Assembly: GCA_937625935.1 (NCBI GenBank)
Contig: OW569395.1
Span: forward strand, 62,001 to 126,000
Reading direction: 5' to 3'
Source: Tetramitus jugosus
Lineage: Eukaryota; Protista; Heterolobosea
DNA: 64,000 nt
Shown here: positions 47,415 to 56,862 of the stretch, piece after piece
How the letters are laid out: each line of letters starts with the position of its first letter
How positions within the stretch are numbered: position 1 is the stretch's first letter
Program-made: the position numbers and the translations under genes
Notes under the pieces: generated by a model
Database searches by the model: none
Told to the model about the DNA's origin: nothing
The model's input: only the letters and a program-made list of their open reading frames with translations

Positions 47415-50400
47415 TTACGGGTGACGGTATGTTTTTTTGTTGTTAGTCATCATTGCCAAGCGTTTTTTTGTAGTCAGGTCTGCATCTTGTTGTTCATACT
47501 GGCGGCGAGATGAAATTGACGAGGATTTTGTTGGCTTCTTTTCATTGTCATTGCTTCTCTCTGAAAGGTCTCCCAATTCATTGAAGCAACGTGTGATATG
47601 ATCCTCTCTCAGTAAGGGTTGAGTGGGAGGAATCGGGATTCCACCAATTTTGTTTCTCAACTCATCATCGGACGTAAGAAGATACTGGAGCTCGCAACCT
47701 GGTATCGTATCACTACCTTGACATGCCAGCCATGCTATAATACCATACGGTACATAGTAAATCTTTCTTTTCTTCAAGCTAATAATGAGACGACATGCTC
47801 GCTCCAATACATCACCCAATGCTTCAGTTCGCTTGTCCTTTCCAGAGTACGACTTCTTGTACAAATGATCGTTAATTTCGAGCAAGAGTTCCTTATCAGC
47901 TATACTCAGCAGGTCTCTCATCGTGGATGTTTCTCCTTTCTTCAATAAAAGTACGTACAACGGTTCTTCTGCACTACTCAAGTCGATTATATCTTTGGAT
48001 GGTGCAGAAAACTTGGATGGTAAGCCTCTTACCACTTCCTGATCACAATAATCTTGACCACTACTGTACTTATGTGATTCTTGCTCAGCATTTGAAAGAT
48101 TTTTAATATCATCATTACCCTTTAAATCAATGAGTTTTGAAAAGACTTCATTCTTAATAACAACTTGGTCATTCATGAATTGTTCAGTAGTTTTCGGGCT
48201 CTTTCGTGTCTCACTGTCCAAACTCAAATGTACCTTGTTGATGAAAATATCACAAACATTGCCATATAATACCATAAATTTGTTCAATACTTCCTCATCA
48301 CATGACTCATATTTCAAATCAATTGTCTTTAGCATTCTCGCATAATCATATTGCTTAACTAATTCGTTTACAACAAGAGTTCCTTCACGCGTCTCAATTC
48401 TGATAAAGTCTACTAGAGTACAATTCCACAAAATACTTTCAATCTGATCTGTGTGCGTGTATTCATTCTGCGATGTGAAAAGAAGTGAGATCTTCGTTAA
48501 CTTGGTGGCATATTGACCAACTACTTCCCAAAAACCATCGATGGCTTCCTCATCTCGATATGTAACATCATTGAGCTCAAGATGTCGAAGATTCCCACAA
48601 CCAGTGATGAATCGTTCCACATCAGTTGAATCGTCAATATGAAATTGAGGACCCAGACTTACATGCGTGAGAGTATTGGATGCGGTACCCTCAAAACACT
48701 TCACACAACTGTCATTCGAAGCAACAAGTTGTAGAGTGTGAACAGAATTACCCAGAACATTCAATTTCAGAGTTGGATGATGATTAAAGTTGCATTTGAT
48801 AGATTGCGAGAAATAGGTGTGAGACTTGCAATGTTCAGCTCCATATTCACAACCAATTACTTTCATTTCGCTCAACATTCCCTCAGTTATCGCATCCTCT
48901 TTCAGCATTGAGATGATCTTTGAACTTGCTGCAGAGCAAACAGGGTGAATAACCCAGTGTTTGAATGAAAAATCAATAAACTCATGAATCTTCTCTATGG
49001 CCACCAATTGAATATCATTGACAAAGGTACTTCTACAGATAATCGGTTGTGAGTACAGCATATGAATCATACCTGATTGAAGTCGACCAAATAGCGCTCT
49101 GTATGGATTAGAAACTTCTTTCTCCCGCAACGAAACTATCTTGTCTCTTTGTGTCAAATAACTGTAGATCCTCTCACTATGAAGAGCCAAGTTCAAAGTG
49201 AATCCACAATCAATGAAAGCCAAAATGTTCAAAACAACACTGTCCTCATCACACAAGCGAGAAAAATTTAACTTTTGGATCTTTGCTTCTTGGATCATCT
49301 CAAGAGCTTTCATGTTCTGGAAATAGTAACACCAAAACTCCTTTGTGTATCCCAGATTGTCTCTTGCATTCAGATCGAATGCATCTGATTTCAAAGCTCT
49401 TTCTAATGCATCAAAATCAAAGTTGGCCGTGTTGAATTCGATATGTGTGAATCCACGAGGATCTATTGAAGATACAATCAATTGATCAACTGCTCGCCCA
49501 TCTAAAGAATGATTGCCAGTGTCATTGGAATGAGGGTTGTTCCTGGATGGTGGATGTTGATTGGATGACTGTTGGAATGATGAATCCTGATGTGGTGTAT
49601 GCTCATCTGTTGTTGAGGGAGTGGCAATTGAACTGCTTACTTCAGGCTTGGCGACAGCTTCTCCTTGCTTAAAAGTGATATCTGATGGTGATTCACGTAT
49701 GCTACGAACTGATTTTCCATTCACGCTGCAAATGATGTGGTGACTATTGGCAACTTGAACATGAATGTTCACTTTGGCAACATCATCTTCTTCAGGTTTG
49801 GGCCAAGGTGGAAGGTGAATGTTCATTATCAATCGATCATCCCAAGGCTTAAAACTTGTGTTAGCAGCTGGCAACCGCTTTAATTCAACAGTTGGATAGA
49901 ATTGTTGAAGGAGAACCGAATAAGGTGGATCTTTCGATGCGGGAGTCAAATGAACTGATATTGTCTTTTGAAAAGCAATGTCAGCCGATCGGGTCTTGCT
50001 GTTGAATGGGATTTCTGTCTCTTCGATTTCAAACTCCTGACGTGCCAACAAGAAGTCCAAGAGAGTAACTTTTTGTTTCTTACTTGGTGGACTTGTTTCT
50101 CCAGTTGAGCTCCTCCTTGGAGCTTTTGCTCTACCCTCGGGTCTGTCATTCCTTTTCTGTTGAAGAGAGCAGTTTTGGTGCCTATTTTTTTTCCTCGCTC
50201 CATCAAAGGAGTCGAAGGAGGAACCACACCCATAACATTTGTAACGAGTACCATTGGAACTTGATTTCTCTGCAGCCACACCTCTTGCACATTTTACACA
50301 CAGTTTTTGGAGAGTGTTGGTGCTCCTGTTCTCAATTCCAATGGAACCTCCACCTTTTTTCTTGCATCGCTCACAGGCACCAATTGCATCCACTGGGGTT

Positions 50401-50834
50401 CTTGGTCTTGGAGATGCTGAACGTTCTCCATCATCAACTGGTAGAATGTTGCTTGGAGTTTCTAAAGTCATGTTAACCTGTGACGAACTAGCAACAGGTG
50501 CTTGGAAATGTGCATAATTGGAAATTGGAAAAGGCATCACCAAACTATGACGTGAATATGGATCGTTCATCTGATGAGAAATAGCTTGTTGCTGTTGATA
50601 GAAATGTGGTTGTATGTAGAAAGGAATGAGATTGTTGTAGTATTGACTCAGTTGTGGCTGGATCATGTTTGGCTGTGGTGGGAGAAGGGGGCTGTTGAGC
50701 AGGAGTGGTGTTGCTGCGCTCAATGATTGCAATGGACTCTGAGGATCAAGTATGATCTGATTATTATTGCACATTTGTGGTTGTTGATTCGCTTCATTGC
50801 TATTCCATCCGGGATCATCAGCGTTGTGCGTCAT
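47415..50834 (-). CDS. Large hypothetical protein: Q/P-rich N-terminus, Cys/His zinc module, NLS-like motif, ankyrin-like and LRR-like segments
   Basis: 1139-aa ORF; zinc module shared with 6872-7621; DLNARDNLG; CGNLRHLEL and TKLTKISL LRR-like repeats. Confidence 0.65.
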   Translation of the reverse strand: MTHNADDPGWNSNEANQQPQMCNNNQIILDPQSPLQSLSAATPLLLNSPLLPPQPNMIQPQLSQYYNNLIPFYIQPHFYQQQQAISHQMNDPYSRHSLVMPFPISNYAHFQAPVASSSQVNMTLETPSNILPVDDGERSASPRPRTPVDAIGACERCKKKGGGSIGIENRSTNTLQKLCVKCARGVAAEKSSSNGTRYKCYGCGSSFDSFDGARKKNRHQNCSLQQKRNDRPEGRAKAPRRSSTGETSPPSKKQKVTLLDFLLARQEFEIEETEIPFNSKTRSADIAFQKTISVHLTPASKDPPYSVLLQQFYPTVELKRLPAANTSFKPWDDRLIMNIHLPPWPKPEEDDVAKVNIHVQVANSHHIICSVNGKSVRSIRESPSDITFKQGEAVAKPEVSSSIATPSTTDEHTPHQDSSFQQSSNQHPPSRNNPHSNDTGNHSLDGRAVDQLIVSSIDPRGFTHIEFNTANFDFDALERALKSDAFDLNARDNLGYTKEFWCYYFQNMKALEMIQEAKIQKLNFSRLCDEDSVVLNILAFIDCGFTLNLALHSERIYSYLTQRDKIVSLREKEVSNPYRALFGRLQSGMIHMLYSQPIICRSTFVNDIQLVAIEKIHEFIDFSFKHWVIHPVCSAASSKIISMLKEDAITEGMLSEMKVIGCEYGAEHCKSHTYFSQSIKCNFNHHPTLKLNVLGNSVHTLQLVASNDSCVKCFEGTASNTLTHVSLGPQFHIDDSTDVERFITGCGNLRHLELNDVTYRDEEAIDGFWEVVGQYATKLTKISLLFTSQNEYTHTDQIESILWNCTLVDFIRIETREGTLVVNELVKQYDYARMLKTIDLKYESCDEEVLNKFMVLYGNVCDIFINKVHLSLDSETRKSPKTTEQFMNDQVVIKNEVFSKLIDLKGNDDIKNLSNAEQESHKYSSGQDYCDQEVVRGLPSKFSAPSKDIIDLSSAEEPLYVLLLKKGETSTMRDLLSIADKELLLEINDHLYKKSYSGKDKRTEALGDVLERACRLIISLKKRKIYYVPYGIIAWLACQGSDTIPGCELQYLLTSDDELRNKIGGIPIPPTQPLLREDHITRCFNELGDLSERSNDNEKKPTKSSSISSRRQYEQQDADLTTKKRLAMMTNNKKTYRHP

Positions 50835-50966
50835 ATTGTGTCTGTGACAATTGGCACTCCTTTTTTTTGAGGCAGTTGTGGGGTCAAGGAAAACTTCGAA
50901 AATAAAGGATATCTTGTCGTTGAGCTATCATTTTCGCGAAATCCCTGCTCGTGGTTGATCAATTTA

Positions 50967-52778
50967 TTACATCACGAATCCTCGCTTAATCTCAAGAATC
51001 ATCCTGTGTCTAAAATATTGCATATTCCTCTGACCAAAGTCAATTTGTAAATCTTGAGAGACAGCGTTGGCACACTTGCATGTGAACATGCCACAGTCCC
51101 AACCATTCGCCTGTTGTGGGTATTCGGTCCTTGGTGCAATATACATTTCCCAATCAGAAGTATCCAACGGTTTCTTCTTCTTGTCTTGGTGTTCATCTTG
51201 CAAGTATCGTTGCAAATTGGCGAGTACTTGTTTACCAGTCCTCGTTGATGACAGCATGGAATCATAGTATTCAAACCTCTTGTCTCTAATATTGATCACA
51301 GACAGAACCCAATGTACACCCAAATGAACAGGTACAATCACCTTGTCCATACTAAACAAATCAATCTTTCTGGTCCACGTTCTCACATTACTGTACGTGT
51401 ATCCCCTGTTTGTCATGTCCAACTTGCTATAGAAAAATGTATTGAAGAAATGACACTGAGGGTACTTGCCTGGCTTGCTGAGACTCCGATCCTTGCACAT
51501 GTTGAAATAAAAATTGATGACTTCATCATTCAACCATTCTGTCGGTGCCAAGCACCGTATCTTTTCTCCAGTGACAGGAATATTGTACTTTTCATGAATC
51601 AAATGATTGCCTCTCTTGTTCAACAAGCTTTCCACTGTTTCTCTGTCCATTGGCATCAAATCCAAATATTCCTTATCGACGTGCACCAATTCATCAATCA
51701 CTTCTTCCACAATCTTTTGCAAATAGTGATTCGGAAGTTCTTCCTGCATCACCTCCCGAGCCATTTCCTCTGACAATTCATCCGTAATTTTCGTAATCAA
51801 CTCTGACGTGATTTGTGCAGCATATCGATTCATTGACACATCACGTGACAAATTGGCCAAATGAACACGTTCTCTCAATATGTTTAACGAATTCAATTTC
51901 CATGCCAATTTCTCATTGACATAATCATCCATATTTTCTTGAAAATTCAACTCCATTTCATTACCAACATCTTCACTATTGTTCCCGCTGTTTCTCATCA
52001 ATGAGAATGATAATGACTCGTTTTTTTCAACGGTTTCCATATCGGGTTCCTCATCAAATTGACCTTTCCTGTACAAGGACAATTTTTCTTCCAAATATCG
52101 CTCATTTCGCCTTTGATTCAAATTTTTCAATGCTCTCGATGATTCCACAAAGTACACTTGATTTTTTTTCATCACTTTTTCATCGTCATCATCATTATTA
52201 TTATCATCAATAGACACAACAACATGATTATTCTCATCATCATGATTCTTACTCTTTACATTCTTGTCATGATGTAAAAAATGCAACGTTTCATGCATGT
52301 TTTTATCTCTCAATAGGAAACTTGGCATATTTTTCAAGTCTTTTTTTTTGTTGATACACCTTTTCAAATTTTCATTCTTTTCATTCTTTTCAATGTGTTG
52401 TTGATGTGGTGGTGCGTTGGATGATCGTATGATGCGATTTCGTTCGCGTGGACTAGGTAATTTTCCATCATATAATCTCTCTTTTTTAACTTGTTGTTGA
52501 ACACTTTGAAATTCTTTAATGACTTCATTGGTTATTGGTGATGATGATGTTGTTGGTTGTTGTTGTTGTTGTTGGTTCATTTCTGATTGTTGTCTGTAAT
52601 TTTTGGCGGTATTTTGATTTGTCCGTTGTCGCTTCCATGAATCGGAGTATTGTGAGTCGTCGGTGAATTTTCTCTTCTTGTTGTTGTAGATGGGTTGGCA
52701 GTCTCGTTTGGATTGTTGAGGTGGAAGTGAATAAATGCTTTTGAACACGTCAATGCACGTATGAATGACACTCAACAT
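50967..52778 (-). CDS. ULP1: SUMO protease SENP/Ulp1 (C48)
   Basis: WLNDEVINFY, FFNTFFY, PVHLGVHW, YYDS and QQANGWDCG catalytic motifs. Confidence 0.92.
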   Translation of the reverse strand: MLSVIHTCIDVFKSIYSLPPQQSKRDCQPIYNNKKRKFTDDSQYSDSWKRQRTNQNTAKNYRQQSEMNQQQQQQPTTSSSPITNEVIKEFQSVQQQVKKERLYDGKLPSPRERNRIIRSSNAPPHQQHIEKNEKNENLKRCINKKKDLKNMPSFLLRDKNMHETLHFLHHDKNVKSKNHDDENNHVVVSIDDNNNDDDDEKVMKKNQVYFVESSRALKNLNQRRNERYLEEKLSLYRKGQFDEEPDMETVEKNESLSFSLMRNSGNNSEDVGNEMELNFQENMDDYVNEKLAWKLNSLNILRERVHLANLSRDVSMNRYAAQITSELITKITDELSEEMAREVMQEELPNHYLQKIVEEVIDELVHVDKEYLDLMPMDRETVESLLNKRGNHLIHEKYNIPVTGEKIRCLAPTEWLNDEVINFYFNMCKDRSLSKPGKYPQCHFFNTFFYSKLDMTNRGYTYSNVRTWTRKIDLFSMDKVIVPVHLGVHWVLSVINIRDKRFEYYDSMLSSTRTGKQVLANLQRYLQDEHQDKKKKPLDTSDWEMYIAPRTEYPQQANGWDCGMFTCKCANAVSQDLQIDFGQRNMQYFRHRMILEIKRGFVM

Positions 52779-53019
52779 GTTTTGTGTTTTTCTCACACAC
52801 AATTAATTTGTTTGTTCGGTTTTTTTGATTTTTGATCCCAATCGGATTTTTCGCGCGTTTTTATTTCGGGTGAGATTGAAAGTTCAGGCAAAGGAGCGGA
52901 ATAACTTTATTTGATGCCTGACAATTTAGGATACAATACCAAAAAGGAGTTTTCATTGTATTATTATCAAAATTCGGTTGTAATAAAGTTTTCATAGTGA
53001 AAACAAATTACACATAAAA

Positions 53020-53931
53020 ATGAAACAAGTCTATGGATTGATAAACGAACACTCCCTTGATATTGGGAGCAAGAGTGTTGGAACATGGCTTTCAAACTAC
53101 ACAAACATTCAATGGGGAGTGTCTGAAGCAAAATCTATCCAACAATCATTAGTGAAAACCAGTGCATCTATCGGCAGAATCTTTTTTGTTCAAAAGGACG
53201 ATAAGGACGAACGATGGTTTGCTTCGTGTGTTCGAATACACTCTGAGTACATCATCACTTGCACTCCGATGGATCTAGAAAATTATGTCACATCAAATAA
53301 TCTTAAAATGTACACCATTTTCTCTTTCAACGGTAACTGGTTTACAAGTGAGGAGAACAAATACCCGCTAGAGATTGCATATCAGGGTTGCCTGGAAAAA
53401 GTACCATACACGGTAATGAAGTTCTCTGATGGAAAACCATCGGTTCCAGTACTGGAAATGAGCAATGAACAAATTAGAGGACCTGGGGCATTAATTGGCT
53501 TTCCTGCTTTTCTAGACGCAGAGAGTGCTCTCTGTGTGCCTAGAGAAGTCAATACAAATGAAAAAGGCACCACAGAACAATTGGCAAAAGAAATGAGAAG
53601 ATATTATGGAAAAATTGTGGCTCTGGGAGATATTGAATTCGAAAATGAACTTATTGAATGTTCGTTGGATGAATGGAAGTTGAAAGGTACATCTGGATCA
53701 GCCATCGTATCAGTTTCATTAGACAAATGTTATCTTTGTGGAGTTGCTATGAGTGACAATTATGGTCTAACAGCAAATGCAATCTTGAAAGATTTAGGAA
53801 AACTCAATTTCTTCCCCAGTTTTGCTGACCGATCTGTTGTGTCTATTCGACGAAAGAATTTAGTGAGGAAAAGAAAAGTATATCTCGGTGATTCACCACA
53901 ACGAAAGAAGTCAACAAAGAGTCCTGCATAA
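53020..53931 (+). CDS. Trypsin-like (PA clan) pseudo-protease with C-terminal basic NLS-like tail
   Basis: SIGRIF, ASCVRIHSEYIITCTP (His lost), PYTVMKF (Asp lost), LIGFP, GTSGSAIV (Ser kept). Confidence 0.55.
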   Translation: MKQVYGLINEHSLDIGSKSVGTWLSNYTNIQWGVSEAKSIQQSLVKTSASIGRIFFVQKDDKDERWFASCVRIHSEYIITCTPMDLENYVTSNNLKMYTIFSFNGNWFTSEENKYPLEIAYQGCLEKVPYTVMKFSDGKPSVPVLEMSNEQIRGPGALIGFPAFLDAESALCVPREVNTNEKGTTEQLAKEMRRYYGKIVALGDIEFENELIECSLDEWKLKGTSGSAIVSVSLDKCYLCGVAMSDNYGLTANAILKDLGKLNFFPSFADRSVVSIRRKNLVRKRKVYLGDSPQRKKSTKSPA

Positions 53932-54181
53932 ATACAATACAACCCTTTTTTTTGAGAACATCTTGAATTCAGTCTTCTGTAGTGAGCTTTGATCAAACCA
54001 CAAAATTGATTCCATCATACTGAGAAAAAGAGCGGACCTTCACATAAAAGTTCAAGACGAAAGAGGGAATAGGTCCACCAAAAACAACTCTGAAAGGAAG
54101 AAGATTTAACGGTGAACAATCCCATCAACGAGAAGATATGTTCTGGATCAGTTTCAGTGAAATATTTCACAACGAATAAAC

Positions 54182-55123
54182 ATGGCCATTAGCAAGATAA
54201 GGGATAGAGTAAACGCTTCCCTCGATAAGAGTGAACCTCAGCAAAAAAAGATCAAGACCATTCATCAAATCATTAACAATGAAGAAATTTCACCATACAA
54301 ACCGGACGTTCTCGAGAAAACACGAAAAATGTTTTCTCGAGTGGCCAAGGTGTATGTTGTGCAGGAGAATAAAGAGAAGGAAAAACTCAAAGTTAAAGCG
54401 GAGGGAACTGCGATCGCCATCAGCGGTTCAAGTTTCTTGACCGCATATCATGTTGTGAAGGAGTGGATTCCACAACAAGAGAAGAAAGAATGTAAAATAA
54501 TCGTGACAACTTCTGCCAGCCCCATCCTTCCACGATTCATCTCTTTCGACTGGGAGAGGGACCACGACTGGATTTTAGTGCCTCATGTGAGCTGTCCTAC
54601 AGAAAACATTTGCGGGCAAGAACCCTGCCTACTTCCCGAGGGAAAATGTATGGATTTTGCAGTTCTTCACACCCTAGAGACCAATAATGCTCTAGAGAAG
54701 ATTTCAATCAATCAAGACAACCGTAGCAATAGTGCAGAGAATTCTTCAAATTCGGCTGATTCTGTTCAAAGTCCTTGTTGCATCATCGGATTCTTAAGTA
54801 GAGCAATAGAAACAGAAGTTGATTTGAACAATCGTATGACCAATTGTGAAGTGACGTCGGATTGGGACTTTTCGAAGAGTAAGGTGGTCATTGAAGGTAC
54901 GTGGTTCCCATACAAACGTGAAGATAAGATATGCAAACGAGGAATCAACCACACTTGTTCAACTAGTAGTTCAATGTCAGGAAGTGCACTGGTTACATCT
55001 GACAATGTATTGAAAGGAATGCATATCGGGAAGCTGATCCATGGAGTGGCCTTGATATGTGACACGGGTCCTCTGTTTGAGGAAATATCAAAACAGTTCA
55101 ATGGTGCTCAGAGCAATCCGTAG
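54182..55123 (+). CDS. Trypsin-like serine protease (Trypsin_2-type), intracellular, intact triad
   Basis: GTAIAI..FLTAYHVV (His), DFAVL (Asp), IIGF, CSTSSSMSGSAL (Ser), GMHIG; no signal peptide. Confidence 0.78.
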   Translation: MAISKIRDRVNASLDKSEPQQKKIKTIHQIINNEEISPYKPDVLEKTRKMFSRVAKVYVVQENKEKEKLKVKAEGTAIAISGSSFLTAYHVVKEWIPQQEKKECKIIVTTSASPILPRFISFDWERDHDWILVPHVSCPTENICGQEPCLLPEGKCMDFAVLHTLETNNALEKISINQDNRSNSAENSSNSADSVQSPCCIIGFLSRAIETEVDLNNRMTNCEVTSDWDFSKSKVVIEGTWFPYKREDKICKRGINHTCSTSSSMSGSALVTSDNVLKGMHIGKLIHGVALICDTGPLFEEISKQFNGAQSNP

Positions 55124-55360
55124 ATACTCAACCGGAGACAATATCTTGTGCGCTGTAAAATAAATAAACATGAGGTTGACATTTTCCTTTTCGGATCAGT
55201 GTTTCTCAGAAGTTATTAATAACTAATACCCATAGTCACATGACGTGTGGGACAAGGACTTGCTATTTTTTTACAACGCTATTTACCTAAAATATGATTG
55301 TTTTTGCTTCCACTGTTCCTGCTCTGATCTCAATGTTCTCATTTCAAAAACATCAATAAC

Positions 55361-56449
55361 ATGATTGCTGAAGAAATAGGTCACTATCTCAAGAACAAGA
55401 ACCGTGGCTTATCTGATGAAGAAGTTGTCTGTATTCAAGCTAGAAACGAATTCCTTGTACAGGTTTCCCTTGATTCAGCCGTTGTTAGTGGCTGTTGGAG
55501 CTGCGATGAAAGAACAAGTCAAGAGAGCTTGACCCAGTTCTCACAATTCTTAGAACAAACTTTCAAGGAGGAAGGAGGGGATGAAAGAGCAGAAGACTCC
55601 TTCAAGAAAGTGATTCGCAATCCTAATTTTCCCTCTTGTGATCAATACAAGGCCAAAAACAAGGTAATGAAACCAACAGAAATGACACCTCTAGTGTGGA
55701 CATTTATCGATGGTTCATTCCGAGTAGCTGCCAATGTTATTCCTTATGCCAGAGTTTGGACACAAGATGAAAATGTGTGCATCGAGATTGTAGCCTATGT
55801 CAGGTACAACTGGTCAGGAGGTTCGCACAAGAGATTTCCACGAATGTTTACGCTGGGACTCGAAGGAAAGACAAGTTTGAAACAACAACAACAACTTGAC
55901 CTAGTCCTTCAATCTATTCCACACATCGAACAGCACGAGAGTCCAGTTTCCATCGAAGAGAGTAGCTCTCATGAGGTAGGAAGAAGTATGAGCGCGGAAT
56001 TCAGACCTCAAGTCACAGTTTCTGGCACAGGCGGAGGTGGATCATTCGGTGGTGTGTCGGCTCAATTGAATGATAAGGATACGGAAGCGGCAGTGATCAA
56101 GCACCCTTCCGTCACCAAGAAAATATTTGTTGAAGAGTATCAAACAATTGAGAAAAACAAAGTTAACTGGTTGTGCAAGGTTGACTATTACATCGCCTCA
56201 AATGAGCAAGCGAAAATCAAAGACCCAAACCCAGTGGATCGAAATTCTCGGATGAAACACATCATGTATGAGGCTTCCAAAGAGGTGTTTGTAAATTTAG
56301 GAGTATGGGAGTGCTCGAAGGATGTGAAAACCGTAGAATTTTTCTTCACAGGTGAAGTGGAAGTGTTAGAGCATCACTGGATGCATAGGTCGAAATGGAA
56401 TGTCGAATCAAGGATGAAGAACAAAGCGTCAATGACAATAAAATTGTAA
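55361..56449 (+). CDS. Hypothetical protein, putative alpha-hemolysin/leukocidin-like beta-pore-forming protein
   Basis: 362-aa ORF; Ser/Gly-rich amphipathic hairpin followed by ..KVNW.. and ..EFFFT.. in the order seen in leukocidins. Confidence 0.45.
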   Translation: MIAEEIGHYLKNKNRGLSDEEVVCIQARNEFLVQVSLDSAVVSGCWSCDERTSQESLTQFSQFLEQTFKEEGGDERAEDSFKKVIRNPNFPSCDQYKAKNKVMKPTEMTPLVWTFIDGSFRVAANVIPYARVWTQDENVCIEIVAYVRYNWSGGSHKRFPRMFTLGLEGKTSLKQQQQLDLVLQSIPHIEQHESPVSIEESSSHEVGRSMSAEFRPQVTVSGTGGGGSFGGVSAQLNDKDTEAAVIKHPSVTKKIFVEEYQTIEKNKVNWLCKVDYYIASNEQAKIKDPNPVDRNSRMKHIMYEASKEVFVNLGVWECSKDVKTVEFFFTGEVEVLEHHWMHRSKWNVESRMKNKASMTIKL

Positions 56450-56862
56450 ATAAAGCAACAATCGATTCATTTATTCAAACAACAAACAACCCTGAAGATC
56501 ACTCAACAAGAATGAATTTGTAACTTCTTTAAGGTAAATTTTCACATTTCCGTGAGCGCCGTTTCAGAAAATTCGCTCTGATTTTTCGCGCTTTCGTGAC
56601 AAGGAAAAGTTCACTATTCTTGTCCGATTACTCCAAGTTCGTGTGCATTCCATCGTGTCACTGGAGGACACTTGACGTGTTCTCCGGTTGTCCCTCGAGT
56701 TCACCACTGATTTTCGTCTTGAATTCCACAAATCACTCAGGGTTCCGCTCGGAAGAAGATACACCCACAAACAACAAACAAAGAATTACTTTTCTAGTAG
56801 TAGTTCAACCGCATACACGAGAGCACTTTTTTCCCTTGAAAGTTAGTGTGTTTCGTTTCAAA

